From a virus: a DNA stretch of 64,000 bases. A program made the translations under genes and the position numbers. The notes beneath the pieces were generated by a model. That model ran no database searches, was not told where the DNA came from, and saw only the letters and a list, made by a program, of their open reading frames with translations. The DNA lies in the IMG/VR virus record IMGVR_UViG_3300036846_000489, positions 11,089-75,088 of that record. The stretch is one strand, 5' to 3'. Positions 38,834-49,265 of the stretch are shown here, piece after piece; position 1 is the first letter of the stretch, and every line of letters starts with the position of its first letter.

Positions 38834-39367
38834 ATGAATAAGAAGATGCAGGTTCCGTGGGTAAACCAAGCTACGTTGACCAAGGCCGAAATGGAGAAGG
38901 TTCGCACGAATTGCGAACCGCGTCGGCCAACGATGTGCCTTAATACCAAGATGGTGAAGCTCGGTGCCGAGAAAAAGGGAAGGATCGTGCGTGGAGTAAG
39001 CACCTTGAATGGGTTCGTTCATTGGTCTGAACAAGAGAAAGACCTTACGTGGCATATGTGGCGCGCGAAATTGCTGCTTCCGTATGCGGAGAAGATCGAT
39101 GTCTACGATACGGACGGCAAGCAATTCACATTGCCAGCAAAGCCGCCGTTTGGTCCGGTGGAATACCGGGGGCCGTGTCGGCCACGCCGGGGCACGCCAG
39201 AGGGTGCCAGATTGGCCAGCAAGAAATTCCAGGAAAGGAAGGCGGCCGGATTGGCTCAGTCACGGAAGAAGTATCGCAATTTGCAAGCTCCCGAGGTGAT
39301 CAGGATGGGAGAGATGGAGCGGGAAAGGGAAAGCTTGCCAGAGGCCGAGCTAGTTCCTACCTTCTGA
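38834..39367 (+). CDS. Basic hypothetical protein
   Basis: SD AGGAG; possible promoter TGGACA-17-GAGAAT at 38772-38800. Confidence 0.6.
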   Translation: MNKKMQVPWVNQATLTKAEMEKVRTNCEPRRPTMCLNTKMVKLGAEKKGRIVRGVSTLNGFVHWSEQEKDLTWHMWRAKLLLPYAEKIDVYDTDGKQFTLPAKPPFGPVEYRGPCRPRRGTPEGARLASKKFQERKAAGLAQSRKKYRNLQAPEVIRMGEMERERESLPEAELVPTF

Positions 39368-39368
39368 T

Positions 39369-39600
39369 CCCCTTCGGGGTGTGGTGTCCTTCCACAGAGA
39401 GCCGGGCGATCCCGTCGCTCGGCTCTCACCACATCTGGCGCGAGAAGGGGCTTGACCGCGCAAGATGAGCGAAGGCATGCTTTCCCTATCGTCGCGGGAT
39501 CGCACACCTTGGAGCCAGCTATGTGACCTGCTAGCGCAGCATTATGAATGGATACGGAATTGGTGTGCTACCTGTTGGGCATCCAGCGACGCGGGTAGAA
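39369..39600 (+). ncRNA. Candidate structured RNA with anti-RBS bulge
   Basis: 82-nt hairpin 39369-39450 with G.U pairs on +, plus a domain sharing 20/21 nt with the early leader; lies in a 387-bp gap between convergent genes. Confidence 0.55.
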
Positions 39601-39754
39601 GCCGGGATAGTCTTTTCCTTCTTGCCACCACTCACGAGCAAGTTTCGGCGCTCTCAGTAGGGCCGCGTCGCGTTCTTCCCCTAGAGACAGCAGGTGGAAG
39701 TAGGCTCTGAATACCAAGGCACGATGTTCCCCCACCCGCATGTCCAGGTGGCGG

Positions 39755-41181
39755 TCAGTCTTTGGAAGCATAGGGCTGCACCTTTTGTCCGAGGAAATCG
39801 AGGTCAAGAACATTCAGGTTGTGGCGTTTGCACCAGACCTGAATACCCTGTTGCGTCCAGCCGACCTCAAGCCGTGACCACGTTTGCGGCGAGACGCCGG
39901 CGGGCATTTCCTTCAGGCACCTGGCACAGTGCATGAACTGGAAGATGCGGTTGGGATGGTCGGTCATATCGGACCCTCCGCATCACACCACACACACCGG
40001 CCGTCTACACCGTAGCGGTGCCTTCCGCTCGGCACACGGCAGGAAGTTTCTGATCTCACCGGCTTCGGTTCGACCAGATCGTCCACCTTGTGCTTGATGT
40101 ATGCCTGATCGTCGGAGAACGTGACCCACGAACGAACGTCGGGGAAGATACGCTGTCCGCATTCAGGGCAGAAGTTCGGCAGCCGGGGATTAACCCAGCA
40201 TAGCAGACAGATGCAGCATTCTGTGCGAATGAGCCGGAAGTGCGCTCTGGTCAGTGCCATTCCATTACTCCCGTCTGCTGCATCAGCCAGTGCTGGACGA
40301 CGACGTGGCGGTAGTGCCACATCGCCGGGTAGAAGGTGGTTGTGGTCATCAGAAACAGCTTCATTGTTTCAACCTCTGGCTGACATTGATCTTGGTGTCC
40401 GGACCAATACCGTCCTTTAGGGTTTCCGCGCAGTGTGCTTCGGTTTCGCCGGAGAAAATCATGACATCGACCGGCAGCCCAACTTCGCGACCGATGATGC
40501 GGATGAAGCTGTCACCCGGCTCTTTGCGGAACTGGTCCAGGTTGGCGAAACTCAGGCCGATCACCAGGATGCTTTTTCCGGTTCCGTCTCTCGCAATTGC
40601 TTTGATCATGAGGATTTCCTGTCCAGCTTGATGTCGTGGGTGCGGTGGCCGTATGATCTACCGGTTCTTATGGCATCGACCAGTTCCTCCATCAGTTCAA
40701 CAAACTCATGAGGGGGTGTGGTCGAGACCACGCGATTTTTCTTTTCTCCCGCCAGTCGATAGATCAGCAGCCAGTCACCGTCATCGCCTATTGCCTTGGC
40801 GAGAAACTGACCTACGGCATCAGCTATGAATTCATCCTCTTTGTCTTCGGTCATTTGGTGTCCTTTTCCTGTTTCCAGCGAAGTGCTGGTGCAGAGAGCC
40901 ACGCCCCACGGGACGCGCTCCCTGCATCAATGCTTCGTCTCCGCAGCGTCTTTTAAGGCGGTGAGTTTGAGGATTAATTTCACTAGCATCGTCAATAGGC
41001 TCGACCGAATTTCTGCGGTGTCCTTGTCGTCTTCCCCATAATGCCCAGCAACCCATATGGCGGTTAGTTCGGCGAGAACTGCGCCCTGTATGGCTGAGGA
41101 CTTGCCAGCCAGGATCGGCTTGATCTGACCGATCAGAGCGATTATTTCCTCTACGTCTTTCTTGGCGAAATCGGTCATCAA
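39755..41181 (-). CDS. Cluster of small early genes (39755-39967, ~39964-40260, 40361-40609, 40606-40854, 40927-41181), two with CxxC motifs
   Basis: Several ATGA-type overlaps; AAGGACACCAAATG start at 40854. Confidence 0.55.
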
Positions 41182-42221
41182 CGCACCTCGTAGTGGGAAC
41201 GGTTGGACTTGAAGCTCTTCCGCTGTTCCTCGGTAGCATTGACCAGTGTGTCCGCGATCCAGATCGACCGACCCGTGGCGTAGTTTCTCGGGTGTCCCAT
41301 GCGGATGTGGAACTGCGGACTTGCGTGGTGCCCGCCCAGACCTTCGCTCCGCTCCCGATGACCGCGTGCCAGAATAGCCGTGACATACGGCTCACTAAGC
41401 ACCCGGTCGTAGTGCGGGATCGGCGGCTTCCGGCTTTTCATCCTGGCACGTTGCAATTTCTCCGGTGGCCGAACTGTCTCCCGATCCACCCCGCGCGTGG
41501 CGAGGATCATCAGGCAACAGATAATCGGGTCACCGATATTGCAGCTTGCCGCCTCGTGGGCCGATTGTCCGTTGTTCTGCAAGGCACGGAATTCATCGTC
41601 GGCGACGAACCGCAGAATAGACGGTGCCACTTGGGAAATATGGTCAACGCCAAGTTCCGGTGGCGGCACCATGAACATGCCACGGTCACCGATTACCAGG
41701 AGTTGCTGGTAACCGAGCGTCAAGGGCTGAAGCTCGCAGACTTCGAAGGTCGTGTCGGAAGGACGATTGACCAGATAGACCGCTATCGCCTTGGTTTCTG
41801 GCAACACCACTGGCTGAGGGCCTGCGCCCTTCCAGATGAGGTTATGATCCCAAGTGTGGTAGCAAATCCACGGGTCGGAAAATGGGAAACCCAAGGCTCC
41901 CATATTCCACATCTTCCCGCCACGCTTCGCGCATTCCGAGATGACCAAGTTCGGCAAGTGACCGAAGTCGATGACCCTGCCGGCTGTCACCGCATCGCGG
42001 CACCGAAGGGAGATCAATTCAACCTCCCTCTGTGTCGAGGCGTATTCACGGCTCTCGGGAAGCAACCGCATGTTCGATGACTGGAAACCGGTGACGCGAA
42101 AATCGAGCACCGCGTCCCGCATCTGCGTGACGGTTGGTCTCCACTCCATGTCCAGCGACATAGTTAGCTCCTGCCCGAAGATCACCTGACCTTCGGGAGT
42201 TCTCATTAGTCTCGGTTCCAT
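41178..42221 (-). CDS. Hypothetical protein with C-terminal H.SP..H.R.GH.R motif
   Basis: Start at AAGGACACCAAATG (42221). Confidence 0.7.
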   Translation of the reverse strand: MEPRLMRTPEGQVIFGQELTMSLDMEWRPTVTQMRDAVLDFRVTGFQSSNMRLLPESREYASTQREVELISLRCRDAVTAGRVIDFGHLPNLVISECAKRGGKMWNMGALGFPFSDPWICYHTWDHNLIWKGAGPQPVVLPETKAIAVYLVNRPSDTTFEVCELQPLTLGYQQLLVIGDRGMFMVPPPELGVDHISQVAPSILRFVADDEFRALQNNGQSAHEAASCNIGDPIICCLMILATRGVDRETVRPPEKLQRARMKSRKPPIPHYDRVLSEPYVTAILARGHRERSEGLGGHHASPQFHIRMGHPRNYATGRSIWIADTLVNATEEQRKSFKSNRSHYEVR

Positions 42222-42291
42222 TTGGTGTCCTTCTCTGTGTCCCCTGGTCGGGGCGAGGACAGCACCGATGCCGGCGCTGCCTTCGTCCAGA

Positions 42292-42909
42292 TCAGCGAAT
42301 ATCAACCTTTTTCGCCGCGCCTTGCTCAAGAGCGGCTTTGAGTATCTGTTGGGCGGCATCGCGTTCTTCGAAGGTTGGCTCCCTTTCCGGCAGAACCTCG
42401 GCAAAACTTCCCATTATGAAACTCTGCGGGTCAGAGGTCTTTTCATCCTTTACCCCGGTGCATTTGCCTTTCGCGTTTCTTACGACTTCGGCTTGTGCCA
42501 CGGCGGTAAGGCGTTCACCGGTATCGTCGTTGCGCCATATGATCTGTGCTATGACGACTTCTTGGCGATCTTCCCGTTGGCTCGGCATGACCTCGGGATA
42601 TTCTGGGTCCGGTTCTCCTGGCTTGCTGCTCGCAATCCAGGCTTCGCCGATGAAGGCGACGGCGAACCCGTTGTCGGCTATACAGATGAGCCGGGCCATT
42701 TCCCGGTGTCCGCGTTTTTCCTTGTCGTCGTAGTTGTTCATTCCGCCGACACCTATCGGGGTAACTCTATGGGCGGCATGAACCACGAATAGCGGCATAA
42801 GGTGTCCTTCTTTGGTGATACACCGCTTGGCATATTCTAGATCAAGCCGAAGTTGTTTGGCATAATCGAACTTTCCCTTGGCGATGTTTGGTCCGGTTTT
42901 TCTCGGCAT
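42292..42909 (-). CDS. Hypothetical protein
   Basis: AAGGACACCAGATG start; EAW..PS..DR.EV motif. Confidence 0.7.
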   Translation of the reverse strand: MPRKTGPNIAKGKFDYAKQLRLDLEYAKRCITKEGHLMPLFVVHAAHRVTPIGVGGMNNYDDKEKRGHREMARLICIADNGFAVAFIGEAWIASSKPGEPDPEYPEVMPSQREDRQEVVIAQIIWRNDDTGERLTAVAQAEVVRNAKGKCTGVKDEKTSDPQSFIMGSFAEVLPEREPTFEERDAAQQILKAALEQGAAKKVDIR

Positions 42910-42982
42910 CTGGTGTCCTTCCTGTTCTCCCCTGGTCGGGGCGGTGACAGCCACGGAATATCCTTGGCTGCCCCCGTCTGGA

Positions 42983-43597
42983 TCAGGGCAAATACCTCTC
43001 AGCGACGTTCTCGCGCTTAATGAACTTCAGTAGGGCTGAATAGAATTCTTCCAGCCGTTGCTCGCCGTCCTGTTGCGACAGCCGTTGTTGCCAATGCTCC
43101 AGGAAATCCCAGGCATTGATCAACGCTCTTTCCCGGTCATAGAACATGAGCGGCCGCCAGCAGTAATCCAGCGACAATTCCGACCACCAGGAACAGGCTG
43201 AAGCCGCCCTGTCCTGGCCGTTCCCGATCCCGCCTTCTCTCGGTGATTTCGATGTTGACCACCACGCGCCGGGGCGGCCCGCCTGAAGGCGGGGGAGGAT
43301 CGTTGTGGAAGGAATTGCCGTCCAGTAAGTAGTCGAATGAGCCACGCTTCGGCTCCTTGTTCTTCAGCATATGCCCAACTCCTTCTTGGTCCGATCAACC
43401 AGATTTTCCCACTCCTTGCAGGCATCTTCCAGCCAGTTGATTGACTTGGCCGATCCCTGAAATTCGTAGGTATCGCGATCAAAGTGAAGACCGTTGAGCA
43501 CCTCTCTTGCCGCCGCTCTCATCGAACAGGCAACATCATACATCAATTGCTTGTTCGCTTTCATAGCGACGGCCTGATCTTCAGTTCTTTTCGGCAT
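42983..43597 (-). CDS. Three small early genes (42983-43147, 43137-43370 with TM helix, 43364-43597)
   Basis: Overlapping starts/stops; motif RBS at 43597. Confidence 0.55.
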
Positions 43598-43702
43598 GGG
43601 TTTGGTGTCCTTCTCTATTCCCCGACCGACTGGTCGAGGCGACAACAGCACCGCGCAAGGCGGGCTGTTCCCGTCAGGATCAGCACGACAGTCTGGCGAC
43701 CG

Positions 43703-44314
43703 TCAGTGGTATCTCCGGTGGTTGCCGTCGGCGGACCAATTTACTTCGTGCCAGTCCGCGACCGGCCCAGGCACGGTCAGAACCGGCACGGCCAATGCCC
43801 CGATGATCCCAGCGGACGCCCTGCCCTCTACACCGGCCAGGACGATCAGCGTGCCACGAGTAAGGAGCGTGGCCTTTTGGTTCGGGAACAGAACCGGCTC
43901 CTTGGTATTATCGAGGCGATCAAGGCTGCTTTCGAATTCGGCAATTCCCTGTTCCCCCAGGCGGGTTGCCAGGGTGACAAGGGCGCCGTGGCTGTCAGCT
44001 TGAAGAATGAAAGACGCCATGGTTGACCACAGTGCTGCCCGGTCTTCCAGGTCGGTATTATTTATCTCTGGGACCGGGTCAGACCACCGAAGCATGTCGC
44101 AGATCATTCCCCGGTTGGGGGAGGCAAATACCACATGCCGCCCATAGCAGGCCGGGAGTGCTAGTTTCCCAGCTTCCTCTGAAGCGATGGCATCGACAAC
44201 CTCCTGCAAGGTCGGAATACAGCGACGCAGTATTCGCTTCGTGCTCGGCTTTTGCGCGCGGCCTTTCACCACATCCTCTAAGGTCATGGTGGCGACGTGT
44301 TCTCCTAGTGTCAT
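43703..44314 (-). CDS. Hypothetical protein
   Basis: AAGGACACCAACCCATG start. Confidence 0.65.
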   Translation of the reverse strand: MTLGEHVATMTLEDVVKGRAQKPSTKRILRRCIPTLQEVVDAIASEEAGKLALPACYGRHVVFASPNRGMICDMLRWSDPVPEINNTDLEDRAALWSTMASFILQADSHGALVTLATRLGEQGIAEFESSLDRLDNTKEPVLFPNQKATLLTRGTLIVLAGVEGRASAGIIGALAVPVLTVPGPVADWHEVNWSADGNHRRYH

Positions 44315-44391
44315 GGGTTGGTGTCCTTCTCCGTCCTCGACTTCTGGTCGAGGCGGCGACAGCGCGGCTTCCCGTGCTGTCTCCGTCCAGA

Positions 44392-45549
44392 TCAGGGTCG
44401 TCTCCTGATGACGTCATAATCGTCGTGAACAACGAAGCCGCGTGAGGCGTCGCCGCGTTCATGCTCCGGTCGCCACCAGCGTTTGCCGCCACAGTCCGAA
44501 CAGACCCAATTATCCGGATCGTCCGGCCCAGCGTCCGGCCACGGCAGCCATTTCGGTGGACCGTGGTTCGGTTCGAAGTTGTGGACGCACCCGGCGATCC
44601 TGGAATAATCGCGGGCTTCCTTGTTGTGGCAGTAGTGACCACGAACTTCGTGCCGGCGACGCGGCACAGCGTCACCCGCCGGGGTGCCGATCAGCCTTAA
44701 GGTCGGCACCGGATCGATCTCTATGGTCACCGTGGTATGTGCCATGTAGGCCCGGAACTTGCCGCTGATGAAGCCAGGGGCATTCGGCAGAGAGTTCCGG
44801 TAGCTGGTCAGCGACGGCCGGTTGAGCATCAGCAGGATCGCGATGATCGTCCGAAAGTCGCCAATCGTGCCACGTGCCATGGACGCCATGCCGCCGTCAG
44901 CGGTCCATTTATGGTAGGATGGATGGGCCGGATTGAGCGGCGTCTGTTCCATGACGTTGAACTCTCGCAGCACGCGCCGTTCGTCGTTGGTCAGGTTGTC
45001 CCAGGTTGATCCCCACATAAGCATGTCGAGGCTCATCCGAGAGCACCCGCACAGACGGGCGAATTCCAACTGATCGTCTATCGGCCATTCGGTTCTTAGT
45101 CGATACTGCATTCCGGTCACCTGCGGGTCAGTGACCGGGTTGGCCACCGTGCCGCCGCAGATGGTATTGATCCGATTATGGTCGATCAGATACCCGACCG
45201 TGTGATCGGCACTGTCAAGTTCGCCATACCAGCCGGTATTTTCATACCGTCCTGGATCAGCGTCGCGTAGCACCTTCCAGTAAATCCACGAAGGCCACTC
45301 TATCCAGGTGACCTCGAAAGGTGGTCTGGCGAAGCCGTGTTCCCGCACCAGAAGTGAAGGAATATCACGCACGACCTGGGCAATACGCTCCGCGGCCCGC
45401 TCGTCAAAGACGAACTTATGGGCGGCACGCATGGAGCGTTGAAGCATGTCCATGGTTTTCGGATGGACGAACCGCTCCTTGGCCGAAAACTTATGAGCCA
45501 AAAAGCGGTCAGCCAGTATTGGCCCCCGCTTGGTAGGTGTTTTGGCCAT
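44392..45549 (-). CDS. Hypothetical protein with RRH.VRGH..W..H.RG C-terminus
   Basis: AAGGACACAACATG start; RPPF..WIE motif. Confidence 0.7.
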   Translation of the reverse strand: MAKTPTKRGPILADRFLAHKFSAKERFVHPKTMDMLQRSMRAAHKFVFDERAAERIAQVVRDIPSLLVREHGFARPPFEVTWIEWPSWIYWKVLRDADPGRYENTGWYGELDSADHTVGYLIDHNRINTICGGTVANPVTDPQVTGMQYRLRTEWPIDDQLEFARLCGCSRMSLDMLMWGSTWDNLTNDERRVLREFNVMEQTPLNPAHPSYHKWTADGGMASMARGTIGDFRTIIAILLMLNRPSLTSYRNSLPNAPGFISGKFRAYMAHTTVTIEIDPVPTLRLIGTPAGDAVPRRRHEVRGHYCHNKEARDYSRIAGCVHNFEPNHGPPKWLPWPDAGPDDPDNWVCSDCGGKRWWRPEHERGDASRGFVVHDDYDVIRRRP

Positions 45550-45624
45550 GTTGTGTCCTTCTGTTCTCCCCGAGCATGTCTGATCGAGGCGGAAACAGCC
45601 ATGCTGCTTCCGTCCGGATCAGGC

Positions 45625-45650
45625 AAAGAAAAGGGGAGCCGAAGCTCCCC
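45625..45650 (-). terminator. Intrinsic terminator inside the early array
   Basis: GGGGAGC-TTCG-GCTCCCC-TTTTCTTT on -. Confidence 0.8.
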
Positions 45651-45681
45651 ACAAAGTCTGGGTCGGATATTTTCTGCCGGT

Positions 45682-46320
45682 CTACGCCGACCGACGCCGC
45701 AACAGGGTCAGGCCGATCAGGCCCATCCCGAGGATCACAAGCGAGGCAGGCTCCGGCACGGCCGTCGCCGAAGCACTGATGTCACCCGCAAAGCTGGCAT
45801 TGAAGGCGCCAATTGTGCTGCCGTCCAAGGCAAGGGTGGGCAGCAGATTGGTGAACGCCAGATTGAACGAGCTTGGGGGCACCAACTCGTTGGCCGGAAT
45901 GACGTTGCTGGCCAACGTGAGGCTCTCCGGGGGGTTGTTGACATTGACTGTCAGACCCGGCCCACCATTTGCCCCAAAGGCGGCATCGGTGAACGTGCCA
46001 GAGAGGAAGTTACCCGTGCATCCGGCAGCACTTGAGATACAGAAGCTTCCCGAGTAATGCTGGATGATGTTGCCCGCTACCGTGATTGCCGCATCGATAG
46101 AATGCGCGGAGAGGGTCATCATGGCGCCAGGAATGGCACCGAGAATACCGCCGCCCAGCAAAGCTAGCTGGTTGGTGTAACTGATATTCGTCACGGTGCC
46201 ATTGTCGGTCGCTACCACGGTATTCGTCGTGGCCTCCTGAGCGAAAGTCGTAAGCAAGGCGGCTTCCGCTACTGTCGGCAAGGCCACGGCGATGGTGGAG
46301 GCAAGCAAAAGTGCCTTCAT
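45682..46320 (-). CDS. PEP-CTERM sorting-domain surface protein
   Basis: Signal peptide MKALLLAST..AEA; C-terminal VPEPASLVILGMGLIGLTLLRRRSA. Confidence 0.92.
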   Translation of the reverse strand: MKALLLASTIAVALPTVAEAALLTTFAQEATTNTVVATDNGTVTNISYTNQLALLGGGILGAIPGAMMTLSAHSIDAAITVAGNIIQHYSGSFCISSAAGCTGNFLSGTFTDAAFGANGGPGLTVNVNNPPESLTLASNVIPANELVPPSSFNLAFTNLLPTLALDGSTIGAFNASFAGDISASATAVPEPASLVILGMGLIGLTLLRRRSA

Positions 46321-46430
46321 CTGGTTTCCTTTCGGGTTGGTGTGAACACTCAGTCTCCCCGGCTTTGCTGGCCGAGGCCGGAACGCCCGCCACAGTTTCC
46401 TGTGGGGACGCTCCGGTCAAGGTCAGATTT

Positions 46431-46640
46431 CTACCGTCTCCGGTGGCTGGCATCTATAGGTTCGATGTCGGTCTCAACCTGACGGGGATCGCGGCCCTGT
46501 TGTATCCGCGATATCCTGGCGGGCAGGATGATATCCCGATTGCAGTCGTCGCAGCACCGGCCATGGTTGATCGGCTCCGCGTTGTTCCCGAACCGGGTGT
46601 ATGGCCGCCCGCAGATCGTGCAGGCTCCGTTCTCATCCAT
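46431..46640 (-). CDS. Zn-finger protein
   Basis: CTICG..GNNAEP..GRCCDDCN. Confidence 0.7.
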   Translation of the reverse strand: MDENGACTICGRPYTRFGNNAEPINHGRCCDDCNRDIILPARISRIQQGRDPRQVETDIEPIDASHRRR

Positions 46641-47136
46641 CCTTGTTCTCCTCTTCCTTGCGCGGCATTCCGGAAAGAAGCTGACCGTAGGTGTGGAGCA
46701 CCTCGGTCACCGGCTTGCCGTCTCGGAAGAACGTGATGGTTCCCGCCGCCTCTGAGGCGCGAGAGTTGCCCCAGGCGTCGAACTCGGCACGATCCATCCA
46801 AATGATGTTCCGACGCAGCCATTCGACGGTGACCACCGGATCGACCGTGTAGTAGCCTCCCGGCACGTCTTCGTCTTCGACCTCTTCGCCCACAACCACA
46901 CCGTTGCCGGCCATTGGCTGGTCGGTGCGGAATGCGCAGAAGAAAAAGTGCATGGTTGGTTTCAGCAAGCCTTCCTCGTCCACGAACATCACATCTCCAG
47001 ACGGGAACCGAAAGGCCGCTTCGATCCAGCCACCGATATAGTCACCGACGGTAGGAAGCTCGCCTTCGGCACTTTGTATGCGATATTCGACCTCACGGAT
47101 TTCCCGCTTCACGGCATCAATGAGAATTGCCTTCAT
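46633..47136 (-). CDS. DUF3846-like protein
   Basis: KAILID..IGGWIE..FVDEEGL..AGNGVVVG. Confidence 0.75.
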   Translation of the reverse strand: MKAILIDAVKREIREVEYRIQSAEGELPTVGDYIGGWIEAAFRFPSGDVMFVDEEGLLKPTMHFFFCAFRTDQPMAGNGVVVGEEVEDEDVPGGYYTVDPVVTVEWLRRNIIWMDRAEFDAWGNSRASEAAGTITFFRDGKPVTEVLHTYGQLLSGMPRKEEENKDG

Positions 47137-47220
47137 GGGTATTTGGTGTCCTTCCATTCAGTTTCCCCAGGCTGGCTGAGGCGAGGACAGCCACCGGCCT
47201 GAGCCGGCGCTGCCTTCGTC

Positions 47221-48357
47221 TTAGTCAGGGTCTATCGGCTCGTCGTGATCGTAGTTCGGATCGGTCAGAACCTCTGGCCGGAACGCGGCCAGCTTCTCCT
47301 TTTCGCATTTCCCGCACATGTATCCGAGAGGAATTCCCCTCGCATCCAGTCCGACCCACGGCCACTCGCCGCTGCCGCACGGGCATTCAGTCAGCATCGC
47401 CATCATGGTTCTCCGTCGTGGCCAACGGCTTTCTGGTCCGCCACGCCATCGACGGTGCGATGGCGTCCGGCGTATTCCCACTGGACCTGATGGAAGCGTT
47501 CGATATTCGCGATGTCACGAATATCCAACTTGAACCCCAGAGCCAAGTAGATTAGTTCCAAATCGCCTTGGTTGAGCCGGTCGAGGTTGGGCAAGGTGGC
47601 ATGAGGGATGCCACAGTGCTCAATGATCCACTCACGGATGACGCGGACCAGTTCGTATTTGTCTGGCCGCATCTTGGGAGGAAGCGACATCACGCTGCCT
47701 CCCGAGGGTCTTCAGTATTTATCGGCATTTGGTGTCCTTTCCAAAGTCCTCGGCGAACTGGCCGAGGCGGCGGTAGCCACGACAAGCGCAGCTACCCCCG
47801 TCCAGGTCAGATCAACTTGATCTCGACAGAAGTGACCGTGTAGGGGCCGTTGCAGCCAAGGCCGGGAGAGCCATACACGGCCTTCCCGTGGGTCAGTTCC
47901 CAGAAGCTTTTCTGCCGAGCCTGAAGGTAGACATCATCAAGCTCACCTTCGCAGATCGACTTTGTCTCCCAGGTCTGGCCCTTGGCAGCGGTGCCACGAA
48001 GGGTGCAGTTGTAGAGGCGGATCATGCCGGCCTCCTTATGAACTCTCGGCCCGGCCTGGACCGAATACCATGGATCAGATCGTCATGTTCTGTAGCGAAC
48101 CGAACCATGGCACGGCGAAGGTCCAGCATCACGTCGCAGATTTTCCGCAGGCGATCCACCTCTTTCTGATCCATCGGAAACTCCGACAACTGCGCCATGG
48201 CATCACAGAGGTTCGATACCATCGCGTTCATCCGGCCCAGGATCAGGTCTTTCTGATCGGTCTCTTTCTGGTATTTCGCCATCAACAAAGCCATGCTGGA
48301 ACGCGCTTCTCGCGCTTCAGCCTTCGCCTGTTGCAGCGGTGTAGGGTTTCGAGGCAT
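47221..48357 (-). CDS. Small early genes (47221-~47406 Zn-finger, 47403-47690, 47807-48025, 48022-48357)
   Basis: CPCGSG..DARGI..C..C; coupled starts; motif RBS at 48357. Confidence 0.6.
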
Positions 48358-48432
48358 TTGGTGTCCTTCCGTTCTCCAGCGCAAACGCTGGTGCAAAGAG
48401 CCACGGGCCATTGCTGACCCGCGCTCCTTGCA

Positions 48433-48903
48433 TCAAGGTTTGTTTGCTTCTCGCGCTATCCGCTCGTCTTCCTTCGTCGCATAATGAGGAAGTTCGCGCA
48501 GAGAAAGGCGGGGCCTTCCAGGCTTTTTTGGCCCAGGTGTTCTTTCCCGTTTCTTTTCCGGTGCTCGCTTTCCCAGCCTATGGGCTTTGGTAGGCGCAAA
48601 AAGTGTGAGTTTGCCGTAGACAAACCGTCCTTCGGTATCGAATTGACGAATGACTTCTGGCCAGTGGTTGACGTATCTCAGCCAGTGTTTTGCCCCTTCT
48701 TCTAGCACATAAGCTCGGTATTTATAGACTATCGCTGCCCGAGCGCCTTCGCGCATTAACGAACGAGCCCAAGGGCAGTCGCACGGATCGTTGGGGCAGG
48801 CGCCCTTGATATCAACAAGAAGAGCCACGACAGGTCTATTCTTCTTCGCGTCCACTATGGGTAGTCCTAGAAAGGCTGGATGGTTTCTCATCATGGATGC
48901 CAT
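48433..48903 (-). CDS. Basic hypothetical protein
   Basis: AAGGACACCAAATG start; DP..C..A..W.RY..FD motif. Confidence 0.65.
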   Translation of the reverse strand: MASMMRNHPAFLGLPIVDAKKNRPVVALLVDIKGACPNDPCDCPWARSLMREGARAAIVYKYRAYVLEEGAKHWLRYVNHWPEVIRQFDTEGRFVYGKLTLFAPTKAHRLGKRAPEKKRERTPGPKKPGRPRLSLRELPHYATKEDERIAREANKP

Positions 48904-48996
48904 TTGGTGTCCTTCTCTGTTTCCTGGTCCGGGTCTGGCCCAGGCGGAAACAGAAACGGCCCCCGAAAGGGCCGCTCTGCTACCGTCACGGTCAGA

Positions 48997-49263
48997 TCAT
49001 CCCCGCCGCGTGATGGTCACGTCGTATCCCTTGTCCACGATTTTCTGGATCAGAATTTCCAGGTCTTCGTGATCGTCGGGGAAAAGCATGTGCAACAGCT
49101 TTTTCACCTTGGCGGGACGCGGCTGGGCGTTGCCGTTCTCGATCTGCGACAGATAGCCATTGGACAATCCGGCACGTTCCGCGAGAGCGGTCTGAGACAA
49201 ACCGCGTTCCTCACGGGCTTGCCTGATCTTTTCGCCCAGGTCGGGGCTGTCGAAATTCACCAT
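48997..49263 (-). CDS. XRE-family HTH regulator
   Basis: LGEKIRQAREERGLSQTALAERAGLSNGYLSQIENG. Confidence 0.9.
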   Translation of the reverse strand: MVNFDSPDLGEKIRQAREERGLSQTALAERAGLSNGYLSQIENGNAQPRPAKVKKLLHMLFPDDHEDLEILIQKIVDKGYDVTITRRG

Positions 49264-49265
49264 GG

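Noticed and set aside
42244-42295. Hammerhead ribozyme or C/D box suggested by CUGA
   Set aside because: No CUGANGA/GAAA core and no RUGAUGA box
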